This document shows positions 1 through 6,753 of a stretch of DNA of 15,173 nucleotides, one piece after another (position 1 is the first letter of the stretch; the number at the start of each line of letters is the position of its first letter). Below the pieces are notes generated by a model. That model searched no databases. It was not told the DNA's origin and saw nothing but the letters and a program-made list of their open reading frames with translations. Made by a program: the position numbers and the translations under genes. The DNA is from a bacterium (GTDB lineage Bacteria; Zhuqueibacterota; Zhuqueibacteria; Oceanimicrobiales; Oceanimicrobiaceae), in NCBI GenBank assembly GCA_046758365.1, contig JBHIAC010000080.1:1-15173 (forward strand), in the 5' to 3' direction.

Positions 1-25
1 TTAGCGTACTCTGAAATTTGGGCAA
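1..25 (-). CDS. Possible 5' end of a gene running off the left edge (TTG start, MPKFQSTL...)
   Basis: Minus strand reads AGAGG-taatattatt-TTG CCC AAA TTT CAG AGT ACG CTA, open to the edge and downstream of the promoter at 72-100. Only 8 codons are visible. Confidence 0.35.
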
Positions 26-71
26 AATAATATTACCTCTATCACCCTTGAAGAACGATTTAGCTATCTTT

Positions 72-100
72 AAATTAATAATCTAGTAAGGAAAAATCAA
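72..100 (-). promoter_or_regulatory. Sigma-70-type promoter TTGATT-N17-TAATTT
   Basis: -35 at 100-95, -10 at 77-72, 17-nt spacer. Same hexamers as the queF promoter. Confidence 0.55.
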
Positions 101-240
101 GAAGTATTCTGTGGCTGGATAAAAGCAAGAAGTATAAAGAATAATTTATGCCTCTTCAGGAAAAGTGTAATTATACTCTAGTTCCTAACGCAGCGAGCTG
201 CAATGTTGAATTATGAATGAAATAGGGAATATAATTCATA

Positions 241-302
241 ATTGCTACATTGTCTCATTGTTACATTGTTACTAATCAAACAATAGAACAATGGAACATA
301 GT
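241..302. repeat. Degenerate 8-nt tandem repeat with inverted second half
   Basis: ATTGCTAC ATTGTCTC ATTGTTAC ATTGTTAC (241-272), 6-nt spacer, then AACAATAG AACAATGG AACATAGT (279-302) in the opposite orientation. Confidence 0.75.
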
Positions 303-315
303 TGGCTTCAAATTT

Positions 316-921
316 TTAATGGGTACTTTTAGCGTAATTCTTCTCCCCCGCCCTAATCTCCACATCCAGTTTATTCTCCACAGGTGGAATCGGACAAGCA
401 TAACCTTCCTTACCATAGGCACAGGAAGGATTGTATGCCATATTGAAATCTAATATATAAATTCCGGAATGAATTTCCTCTAAGTCAATATACCTTCCGC
501 CTGAATAGCTCTCTTTTCCGGTGGTAACATCCATAAATGGTACAAATAGATAGTTGGGAAATTTATCCTGAATATCCAACATCTTGTAAACCTGCAGCTT
601 GCACTTCTTACCTTCCATCTTAAATTCAAAATAGCCATATTTTACGGCATTGCGCAAGGTTCCCGCGCTGGTTATGATTCTTGTCGTTTTCTTTTCTTTG
701 TATTTGTGCAGTGTAACCTCAAAACGGTATTTTAAATCAATGGTGAAATAGCTCAAACCTTGGAAATCTTTCTTATGAGTCTTGGGGAGGGGAGAATTTT
801 CTGAATTTTTAAAAAATTGATTTTTCTCTATTCGATGCTTTTGAATCTGACAATAAATTTTACTTTCGTCATCTCCGGAACCAAAAAACCCAAAAAATAT
901 TAAAAGGATCACAAGAATCAT
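316..921 (-). CDS. DUF1684 family protein, probably exported or membrane-anchored
   Basis: Family motifs SPLP..FQGLSYF, LFVPFMDVTTGKESYSGGRYID, LDFNMAYNPSCAY..CPIPPVENKL..IRAGEK and a hydrophobic N-terminus. ATG 921 has GGAG 9 nt upstream; the track's GTG 936 is the alternative start. Confidence 0.9.
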   Translation of the reverse strand: MILVILLIFFGFFGSGDDESKIYCQIQKHRIEKNQFFKNSENSPLPKTHKKDFQGLSYFTIDLKYRFEVTLHKYKEKKTTRIITSAGTLRNAVKYGYFEFKMEGKKCKLQVYKMLDIQDKFPNYLFVPFMDVTTGKESYSGGRYIDLEEIHSGIYILDFNMAYNPSCAYGKEGYACPIPPVENKLDVEIRAGEKNYAKSTH

Positions 922-1070
922 TAAATCTGACTCCACAGTTGGTAGTAATTGTCACAGTTAAATTCAGTTAAAATGTGCAACAATAATTTTTTTGATTCTA
1001 TTTCTTGAGGAGGAAGCTTTTGAATTTTAATTTCAATTTTTTTTCATACATGTCTTTTTTCTTCCTCTTT

Positions 1071-1757
1071 TTAAAAATAATCCGGCCGTTCTCCGTATTC
1101 AATGGGGTCTTCTACACCAGCTCTTTGAAACCCACGTAATCGAAATCCACAACTATCACACACGCCACACGCCACATCCTCTCTCTGATAACAAGACCAG
1201 GTGAGTTCAAATGGAACACCCAATTCCAAGCCTTTTTTTACAATCTCATGTTTTCGTAATTTTATAATTGGTGTAATAATTTCAATTTTAGTGGTGGGTT
1301 TTGTACCGACATCTATTACTTTCTCAAAAGCATCATAAAACTCACGTCGGCAGTCAGGATAGCCGGAACTGTCCTCCTCGACCGCACCCAAAAATATTTT
1401 AAAGGCTCCGATCACTTCGGCCCAACTGGTGGCGATGGAAAGCAGGTGCGCATTTCTAAAAGGCACATAAGAAGTGGGGATCTCTTTACTTTCCAAATCT
1501 GCTTTAATAATGGCAATGTTAGGATCAGTCAAACTGGAACCCCCAATTTGCGTCAGATAACCAACATTCACCACTAAAGTCTTTTCAGCCTGGTAAAATT
1601 TAGCGATATCATGAAAAGCCTGAAGCTCTCGCTGTACGGTACGCTGGCCGTAATTGACATGAAGCAGAGCTAAACGATTTTCTTGTTTGGCCACCGCGAC
1701 CGTCACCGCGCTGTCCATGCCACCACTGGCTAAGACAACCGATAACTCTCGTGCCAT
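1071..1757 (-). CDS. queC: 7-cyano-7-deazaguanine (preQ0) synthase
   Basis: PP-loop SGGMDS, YGQR, YVPFRN, GYPDCR and Zn site TWSCY...CGVCDSC. Starts 3 nt after the queF stop. Confidence 0.97.
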   Translation of the reverse strand: MARELSVVLASGGMDSAVTVAVAKQENRLALLHVNYGQRTVQRELQAFHDIAKFYQAEKTLVVNVGYLTQIGGSSLTDPNIAIIKADLESKEIPTSYVPFRNAHLLSIATSWAEVIGAFKIFLGAVEEDSSGYPDCRREFYDAFEKVIDVGTKPTTKIEIITPIIKLRKHEIVKKGLELGVPFELTWSCYQREDVACGVCDSCGFRLRGFQRAGVEDPIEYGERPDYF

Positions 1758-1760
1758 TTT

Positions 1761-2102
1761 TTACTCCTTTTTGTAAGAAGCTTTAACCACCGAGCGCAAT
1801 CCACCCCGCACCGTAAATTCCCCAACGACCTCCATACTTCTGGGCTGGCAGACCGTAACCAGATCATCTAAAATTTTATTTACCACTGTCTCGTAAAAAA
1901 TGCCTTCATTTCTGTATTCCAAAAAATAGTATTTTAAGGCTTTCAATTCTAAACACTTCTTGTCCGGGACATAATTTATAGTAATAGTTCCAAAATCAGG
2001 TAAACCAGTCATCGGACACACAGATGTATACTCGGTGTTTATAATGGTAATAGTATAATCCCTGTTAGGATATTTATTTTCAAATGTTTCCAATCGCTGC
2101 AT
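1761..2102 (-). CDS. queF: NADPH-dependent preQ0 reductase, type I (single T-fold)
   Basis: EYTSVCPMTGLPDFG (catalytic Cys/Asp), QueF motif ELKALKYY, GIFYE, FTVRGG. ATG 2102 preceded by AGAGG is preferred over TTG 2120. Confidence 0.96.
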   Translation of the reverse strand: MQRLETFENKYPNRDYTITIINTEYTSVCPMTGLPDFGTITINYVPDKKCLELKALKYYFLEYRNEGIFYETVVNKILDDLVTVCQPRSMEVVGEFTVRGGLRSVVKASYKKE

Positions 2103-2130
2103 AGATAAACCTCTGTTCAAAATTTATTTG

Positions 2131-2159
2131 AAATTAAGCACGATTTGAGCAAAAATCAA
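2131..2159 (-). promoter_or_regulatory. Sigma-70-type promoter for queF-queC, TTGATT-N17-TAATTT
   Basis: -35 at 2159-2154, -10 at 2136-2131. Predicts a leader of about 20-25 nt. Confidence 0.6.
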
Positions 2160-2191
2160 GGGATATTTACTTCACTAATAAAAAATAAAGA

Positions 2192-4051
2192 TCAGAAGTT
2201 GGGATCAGTGGGACGATATTCTTTGGTTTCTAAGGAAGGATATTCAACCTTGGCGGGTAATTGTGCCATAACAAAATCTATAATTCCTTCTACCACCGCC
2301 TGAGCTAAATCATCCAAAAATGTCTCATTCATCAAAAGCATTTCATCTTCCGGGTGAGTCATGAAAGCCCCTTCCACTATAAATGTAATCATACTGGTTT
2401 GGCGTGTCACAAAATATGTCGATGAAATCCTGCCATACGGATTCAAACCTAATTTTAACAGTTGCGAAAACACAGCTTTGGCAATAGCCTGAGAGTGAGT
2501 AACAGTATAATAAGTGCTGGTACCTCGTGGAACCAGCGGATCGGTTGCGGGGCCGATGGAGTTGTTGTGAAGTGAAATAAAAATATGCGACTGAGCTTGT
2601 TGAGCCATAGTTATCCTGTCTTGCAAAGTCAAGGTGGTGTCCAGGATGCGTGTTCTTATTACAGTCGCACCCTCGGCCTGCAACAAATCAGCTACCTTCA
2701 TCGCATATTTCAAATTCACGTTTTTCTCTTGTAAACCAGTAGCACTTATCGCACCTTTAAATTTTCCTCCATGCCCGGGATCTACTGTAATAACAAGTCC
2801 TTTCAAAAGTGAATCAGGGGCTATTGACAATTTTGGAGTCTTTCGAATATTTATCTTAAACCGCTTACCAACATAACGACCGTAGTATCCCCACTGCTGC
2901 TTTTGATTAAGATCAATTCGTAGCACAAAGATATCGCTGCTTTGCTGGCGCCATCGAATCAAACGAATGGTTTCGTCATCTAGTGGATAGGTGATCCACT
3001 GGGGTGCTTGTTGGGCGCGATAAAAAGTAATCTCCAAAGCAGAGGGTTCTAATAACTGTTCAATTTTAAAGGGCACTCTTTCACTAAGATTTACAAGTAC
3101 TTGCACCCAATCCCAATCTGCCAACGAGGAAATGCTTCCAACAGTTGCACGAGGTAGTGGGGTTCCAAGAGGCTCAGGATTTAAACTGGCAGAGGAAATA
3201 TAGCCCACAACATTTTCTGCTAATTTAATCTTTTTAACTCCATCACGTTCTCCGATGATTTGCATTCTAATACCACGTGGAAGTTCCATCCAAATTTCGC
3301 CATCTGGTTTGGTTCGGATCAAATTCATGGAATCAACCGTCACACCAACAAGAGGTAAGAGCTCAGATAATATGTGAATTTTACCTTTTGATTTCACCTT
3401 CAAGGTACGCCGGTCTTTACCTTTTAGTTTAAACTCCACTGGTTTGGGTTTATAATTTATTATATTGGGAATTCGAACAAAGCCTTTATACCAACCTCTT
3501 ATTCCGTTAGTATCCTTAGTTGACAACTCCATCATTTTGAAGTTTTTGGCAATTTTGTCAATAGAAAAAAATGCCTGACCTCCTGGACTGCCTAAAAATT
3601 CAATCTCAAATATATCCCCCGGTGAAAGGTAAACATCTGCTTCAGGTTTGATGTGCATTGGATTTATTCTTGTAGGTCGTTCGGCATAAGTTAAAGTAGT
3701 GGGTTCACGAAAAATGTGCAAAGTATCACTTAAAAATCCCAAACTATCTTCGACAGAAAAACTAATCTGGTTGGCTCCTGGCTCCAAAGGAACCAAACCT
3801 ACAAACGCTCCGGATGGGTATACTTTTGTTTCTCCTCCCTGAACCCAAACGATTGCTGTTGGTAAAGCAGACCCTGCATACCGAACTTGACTGAAATTTA
3901 TCGTATCGCCATCAACAGGAAATATCAGACGCAGACGCACAGAATTTGGAATAACGGTATGCAAATGTTCTTGCGCCATATTGGATTGAGCGCTAAATAT
4001 AAAGCTCAAAATAATGTAAAGTTGAAATAAATAATATTTAGGTGTTTGCAT
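2192..4051 (-). CDS. Exported multidomain N-acetylmuramoyl-L-alanine amidase (Amidase_3), 619 aa
   Basis: C-terminal catalytic motifs VDPGHGG..QEKNVNL, FISLHNNS, FIVEGAFM (His/Glu/His zinc ligands plus catalytic Glu). SH3b-like segment (LIRTKPDG...VGYISS) and beta-rich N-terminal domains. A signal-peptide-like sequence begins at ATG 4051 (MQTPKYYLFQLYIILSFIFSAQS), so the track's TTG 4258 is probably not the start. Confidence 0.92.
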   Translation of the reverse strand: MQTPKYYLFQLYIILSFIFSAQSNMAQEHLHTVIPNSVRLRLIFPVDGDTINFSQVRYAGSALPTAIVWVQGGETKVYPSGAFVGLVPLEPGANQISFSVEDSLGFLSDTLHIFREPTTLTYAERPTRINPMHIKPEADVYLSPGDIFEIEFLGSPGGQAFFSIDKIAKNFKMMELSTKDTNGIRGWYKGFVRIPNIINYKPKPVEFKLKGKDRRTLKVKSKGKIHILSELLPLVGVTVDSMNLIRTKPDGEIWMELPRGIRMQIIGERDGVKKIKLAENVVGYISSASLNPEPLGTPLPRATVGSISSLADWDWVQVLVNLSERVPFKIEQLLEPSALEITFYRAQQAPQWITYPLDDETIRLIRWRQQSSDIFVLRIDLNQKQQWGYYGRYVGKRFKINIRKTPKLSIAPDSLLKGLVITVDPGHGGKFKGAISATGLQEKNVNLKYAMKVADLLQAEGATVIRTRILDTTLTLQDRITMAQQAQSHIFISLHNNSIGPATDPLVPRGTSTYYTVTHSQAIAKAVFSQLLKLGLNPYGRISSTYFVTRQTSMITFIVEGAFMTHPEDEMLLMNETFLDDLAQAVVEGIIDFVMAQLPAKVEYPSLETKEYRPTDPNF

Positions 4052-4099
4052 AAAATTATTAATGTAATATAAGCTTTGGAACAAAAAGCTAACTTTCTC

Positions 4100-4222
4100 A
4101 TACCTGAATTGAGCGATTTTATATCGAGGGAGCGGACGGTGTTCAAGCTTCAGCTTACCTTGGGGGGATATCACGCTAAAGCCTGAACACCCAACACTGC
4201 TCTTTGCAGCATTGCCGTCTTT
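4100..4222 (-). ncRNA. Candidate structured RNA (amidase 5' leader or independent sRNA), family not recognised
   Basis: 17-bp stem 4191-4175/4154-4138, 8-bp stem 4213-4206/4200-4193 and 5-bp closing helix 4219-4215/4139-4135. All four non-Watson-Crick positions are G-U on the minus strand. GC-rich island starting just after an extended -10. The 3' boundary is uncertain. Confidence 0.6.
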
Positions 4223-4228
4223 TAATTT

Positions 4229-4258
4229 AATATAACAATATTTAAGGCCAAAATCCAA
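4229..4258 (-). promoter_or_regulatory. Extended -10 promoter TTGGAT-N18-TATATT (TGnTATATT)
   Basis: -10 at 4234-4229, TG at 4237-4236, -35 at 4258-4253. Predicted start near 4222, immediately before the structured segment. Confidence 0.6.
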
Positions 4259-4292
4259 AAAAAAATCCCTAGGCTTTAAAAAACCTAGGGAT
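4257..4292 (-). terminator. Intrinsic terminator
   Basis: Perfect 9-bp inverted repeat ATCCCTAGG (4265-4273) / CCTAGGGAT (4284-4292), followed on the minus strand by a T-run (A-run 4257-4265 on plus). Confidence 0.85.
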
Positions 4293-4376
4293 CTTAGAGG
4301 AGGAAGGAAAGAAATAGGAGGTTACCTTACGATAACTTTTCTTTTGCTTCCATTTGTTCATAACAATTTTATTCAT
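4257..4376 (-). ncRNA. Candidate small RNA with CU-rich anti-SD tract; 5' end unknown
   Basis: The terminator has no convincing minus-strand gene upstream. It is immediately preceded by ACCUCCUAUUUCUUUCCUUCCUCCUCU. No clear promoter was found. Confidence 0.45.
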
Positions 4377-4526
4377 GAAATTCTTCCCAATCTGGTAATA
4401 CAATTCAAATTTTTTAATAATTTCATTTACAACGAGTTTCAGAGGATTTTTAAATTTTGATTTAAGTTTTTTCTAAAAAAACCGATATTAATATCTAAAA
4501 TAACCGCAAACTTTATAGTGTATAAG

Positions 4527-4889
4527 ATGAGAATAAACAGATTTGTGATATTAGGCATCACGGCAATACTTCTATCTTTTAATTTAGTTTTAGGCTTTGA
4601 GGCTGAGGATAAAGATTCCGAACATAATAATAAACAAGAGTTAAAATCCATTGTTCAGAGAGCTGAGCTACAAAAGCAGCTTTTCAAATTACGTTTGATT
4701 TTATTTGATGAAATAAATTTTGCTGAAAAACAAATTTTAAACCTGCGATCTAACAGACTCAAAATTGAAAAGGAAGTAAAGAGACTGGAAATTCTTTCTA
4801 ATAAGTATAAAAAACAAAAAGGACGGTTGAAAACCAATTTAGTTACCAACCAGGCAGAAGGCCGTTCTCGTGAAGAAATGAAAAAATAG
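4527..4889 (+). CDS. Hypothetical exported or membrane-anchored coiled-coil protein, 120 aa
   Basis: MRINRFVILGITAILLSFNLVLG signal-like N-terminus, then a K/E/L/Q-rich helical region. Ends before a bidirectional terminator. No SD seen; GTG 4518 is the alternative start. Confidence 0.6.
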   Translation: MRINRFVILGITAILLSFNLVLGFEAEDKDSEHNNKQELKSIVQRAELQKQLFKLRLILFDEINFAEKQILNLRSNRLKIEKEVKRLEILSNKYKKQKGRLKTNLVTNQAEGRSREEMKK

Positions 4890-4936
4890 CTTACTCACCA
4901 AGAACATCAGGAAAGATGTTTATTCATTAAAAGGAC

Positions 4937-4969
4937 AAAAAAGCGACCCAATAAGGGGTCGCTTTTTTT
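4937..4969. terminator. Bidirectional intrinsic terminator
   Basis: AAAAAA-GCGACCC-AATAAG-GGGTCGC-TTTTTTT between convergent genes. Confidence 0.92.
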
Positions 4970-5912
4970 ATATTTCATGCTGAGTAGTCACTAAAATATT
5001 TTCGATTCGTAATAAATCTTCCGGGGACAGCACCCAATCGGCCCCGCCTGCACTTTCGGTAATTTGGTCTGGACTTCTGGCTCCACAAAGTGCACTAGAT
5101 ACTCCCACATGCGCCAATACCCAAGCGACCGCTAACTGCGCCACGGTTCTTTCATTTTCTTTCGCCATTGTTTTTAGCTTATCCACAATAGCCCAATTAC
5201 GTCGAAATGTTAAACCTTGGAAAAGAGGATCCCGTACTCGAACCTGAACTTTGAATACCTGGTCTAGTTTAAACTTTCCCGTCAGCAAACCGCGACAAAG
5301 GGCACCATAGGAAAATACCCCAATGTTCTCTTTATAACAAAAGGGAAGCAACTGGACTTCCGCCTGTCTTTCAAATAGATTTAAAGGAGGTTGCAAGGTT
5401 TCAATGGGACCATATTTACGATATTCTACCAACTGCTCAGGCGACAGATTTGAAGCCCCTAAGAAACGTACTTTACCAGCATTAACGCAGGCAACTAAAG
5501 CTCCAACCGATTCTTCGACCGAGGTATTTGGATCCGGCCAGTGAGCTTGATATAAATCGATGTAATCGGTTTGCAGCCGTTTTAAACTTTCATCCACGGC
5601 TTTAAAAATATATTCACGGCTCAAATCATTTTTAATTTGACCTTTGTTGTTCCAGCGTAAACCTCCTTTGGTGGCAATTATAACGTCTTTTCTTTTATCT
5701 CCCAAAGCCTGTGCTAAAATTTTTTCTGAGTGCCCCAATCCATAAACATCTGCAGTATCGAAAAAATTAATGCCCAAATCAACGGCCTTTTGAATGGCCA
5801 AAATAGAATCGGCGTCATTTGCTGGCCCCCACCATCTTCCGCCCATGGTCCAAGTCCCAAGGCTTACTGCTGAAACTTTTAAACCGGTGGAGCCGAGAAT
5901 TCGATATTCCAT
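4968..5912 (-). CDS. Aldo/keto reductase (IolS/YhdN-like)
   Basis: Catalytic tetrad motifs FFDTADVYG, IATKGG, LYQAHWPD, plus SLKRLQTDYID and GLLTGKF. Confidence 0.95.
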   Translation of the reverse strand: MEYRILGSTGLKVSAVSLGTWTMGGRWWGPANDADSILAIQKAVDLGINFFDTADVYGLGHSEKILAQALGDKRKDVIIATKGGLRWNNKGQIKNDLSREYIFKAVDESLKRLQTDYIDLYQAHWPDPNTSVEESVGALVACVNAGKVRFLGASNLSPEQLVEYRKYGPIETLQPPLNLFERQAEVQLLPFCYKENIGVFSYGALCRGLLTGKFKLDQVFKVQVRVRDPLFQGLTFRRNWAIVDKLKTMAKENERTVAQLAVAWVLAHVGVSSALCGARSPDQITESAGGADWVLSPEDLLRIENILVTTQHEI

Positions 5913-5923
5913 AATAATTATCT

Positions 5924-6604
5924 TTAGTTGAAAATTTTAAGAAAATTTTGATAATCGGCCAAATCCGAAAATAAATAATCCGGGTGAGCTTCTTCTAACT
6001 CCTTAGAGGAAAATAGCCCCGTGGCCACAGCAATACTTTTAGCACCAAAAGGTTTTGCGCAAGCCACATCCAACGGGGTATCGCCAATCACGAACACATT
6101 TTCTGTACAAATTGAGGCCCCGGTCTTCTGTTCAAATTGGTGGACAGCGATCTGGGGTAATTCCTCACGAATTTCTGAATCATCTGCGAAAGCGCCGATG
6201 GGGAAAAAGTGGGTCAAGTTAAAATACCCCAATTTAATCATGGCACCTTGATACCAATTTCCTGTAAGTAAGCCCAAGGTTATATTTTTGCGTTTGGATA
6301 ATATATTTAAAATTTCAGAAATTCCAGGTTGAATTTGTTTACGGGGATACGGTTTCTCTATCTCAGTTTTTAGATATCCAAAATAAGCTTTTTTAAAAGA
6401 TTCTTCCTTTAGCGGTTCCCATTGCAAACCATTATAGGCCAAAGCGTCCTTTAATATCAACGGATCGGTTCTGCCGGCGAAATTGACGCCATGAAATCCA
6501 TTTTGCTTTCCAAAAGCTTTCTCAAATGCCAGGGTCATAGAACGACGCCCGGCCCCACCAGAATTAATTAAGGTTAAATCAATATCAAATAGAAGAAGTT
6601 TCAA
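5924..6604 (-). CDS. HAD-superfamily hydrolase, phosphoglycolate-phosphatase-like
   Basis: Motif I LLLFDIDLTL, motif II LLTGN, motif IV VIGDTPLD. TTG start with AAGGA upstream. Confidence 0.92.
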   Translation of the reverse strand: MKLLLFDIDLTLINSGGAGRRSMTLAFEKAFGKQNGFHGVNFAGRTDPLILKDALAYNGLQWEPLKEESFKKAYFGYLKTEIEKPYPRKQIQPGISEILNILSKRKNITLGLLTGNWYQGAMIKLGYFNLTHFFPIGAFADDSEIREELPQIAVHQFEQKTGASICTENVFVIGDTPLDVACAKPFGAKSIAVATGLFSSKELEEAHPDYLFSDLADYQNFLKIFN

Positions 6605-6656
6605 TGTTTAGAGATTTCCTTAAAACAGAATATATGTAACTCACTCATAATAATTA

Positions 6657-6684
6657 AATTTAATAAAAGAAATAGTAAAAGCAA
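6657..6684 (-). promoter_or_regulatory. Sigma-70-type promoter TTGCTT-N16-TAAATT for the HAD and AKR genes
   Basis: -35 at 6684-6679, -10 at 6662-6657. Same hexamers as the promoter at 10839-10867. Confidence 0.45.
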
Positions 6685-6753
6685 GTAGATATTTGGTAGA
6701 ATTTATGAATAATTCAGGTTAGAAGATATAAACAAAATTACTAATTTATCATA

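Noticed and set aside
241..302. CRISPR array
   Set aside because: Units are 8 nt with no unique spacers, and there are no cas genes.
250..453. 67-aa plus-strand ORF
   Set aside because: Starts within the 8-mer repeat and is antisense to the DUF1684 gene, with no recognisable motif.
1007..1139. Plus-strand Phe-rich mini-ORF after GAGGAGG (TTG 1020) as a leader peptide
   Set aside because: Phe richness comes from T-runs, it runs antisense into queC, and there is no downstream plus-strand operon to attenuate.
1071..2102. queC/queF as part of a Dpd DNA-modification or QatABCD/CBASS-type defence island
   Set aside because: Both proteins are canonical in length and motifs, QueF points to tRNA queuosine, and no dpdA, qat or cyclase genes are nearby.
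2090..2125. preQ1-I riboswitch ahead of queF (AGAGGUU resembles its 5' strand)
   Set aside because: No complementary CCCUCU strand or A-rich tail follows. AGAGG is simply the SD of ATG 2102.
4100..4222. Assignment of the structured RNA to 6S, SRP, c-di-GMP-I, c-di-AMP, ZTP, fluoride riboswitch or hammerhead
   Set aside because: Only isolated words match (CUUGAAC, GGCAAUG, CCGUCCGC, CUGAAG). The required cores, such as SRP CAGG-GNRA-AGCAG, GEMM GAAA..GACGCAAAGC, ZTP GCCUGGGC and hammerhead CUGANGA/GAAA, are absent by eye.
4052..4258. 69-codon N-terminal extension of the amidase in the ORF track (TTG 4258)
   Set aside because: The TTG lies in the terminator tail/-35, upstream of the predicted TSS, has no SD, and would bury the signal peptide that starts at 4051.
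4439..4849. Minus-strand ORFs 4439-4651 and 4655-4849
   Set aside because: Antisense shadows of the plus-strand coiled-coil ORF, which has the more protein-like sequence and a terminator.
4903..4920. Hairpin AACATC-AGGAAA-GATGTT as a CsrA/RsmA site
   Set aside because: A single weak 6-bp stem with one GGA loop in a 3' UTR is insufficient without repeats.
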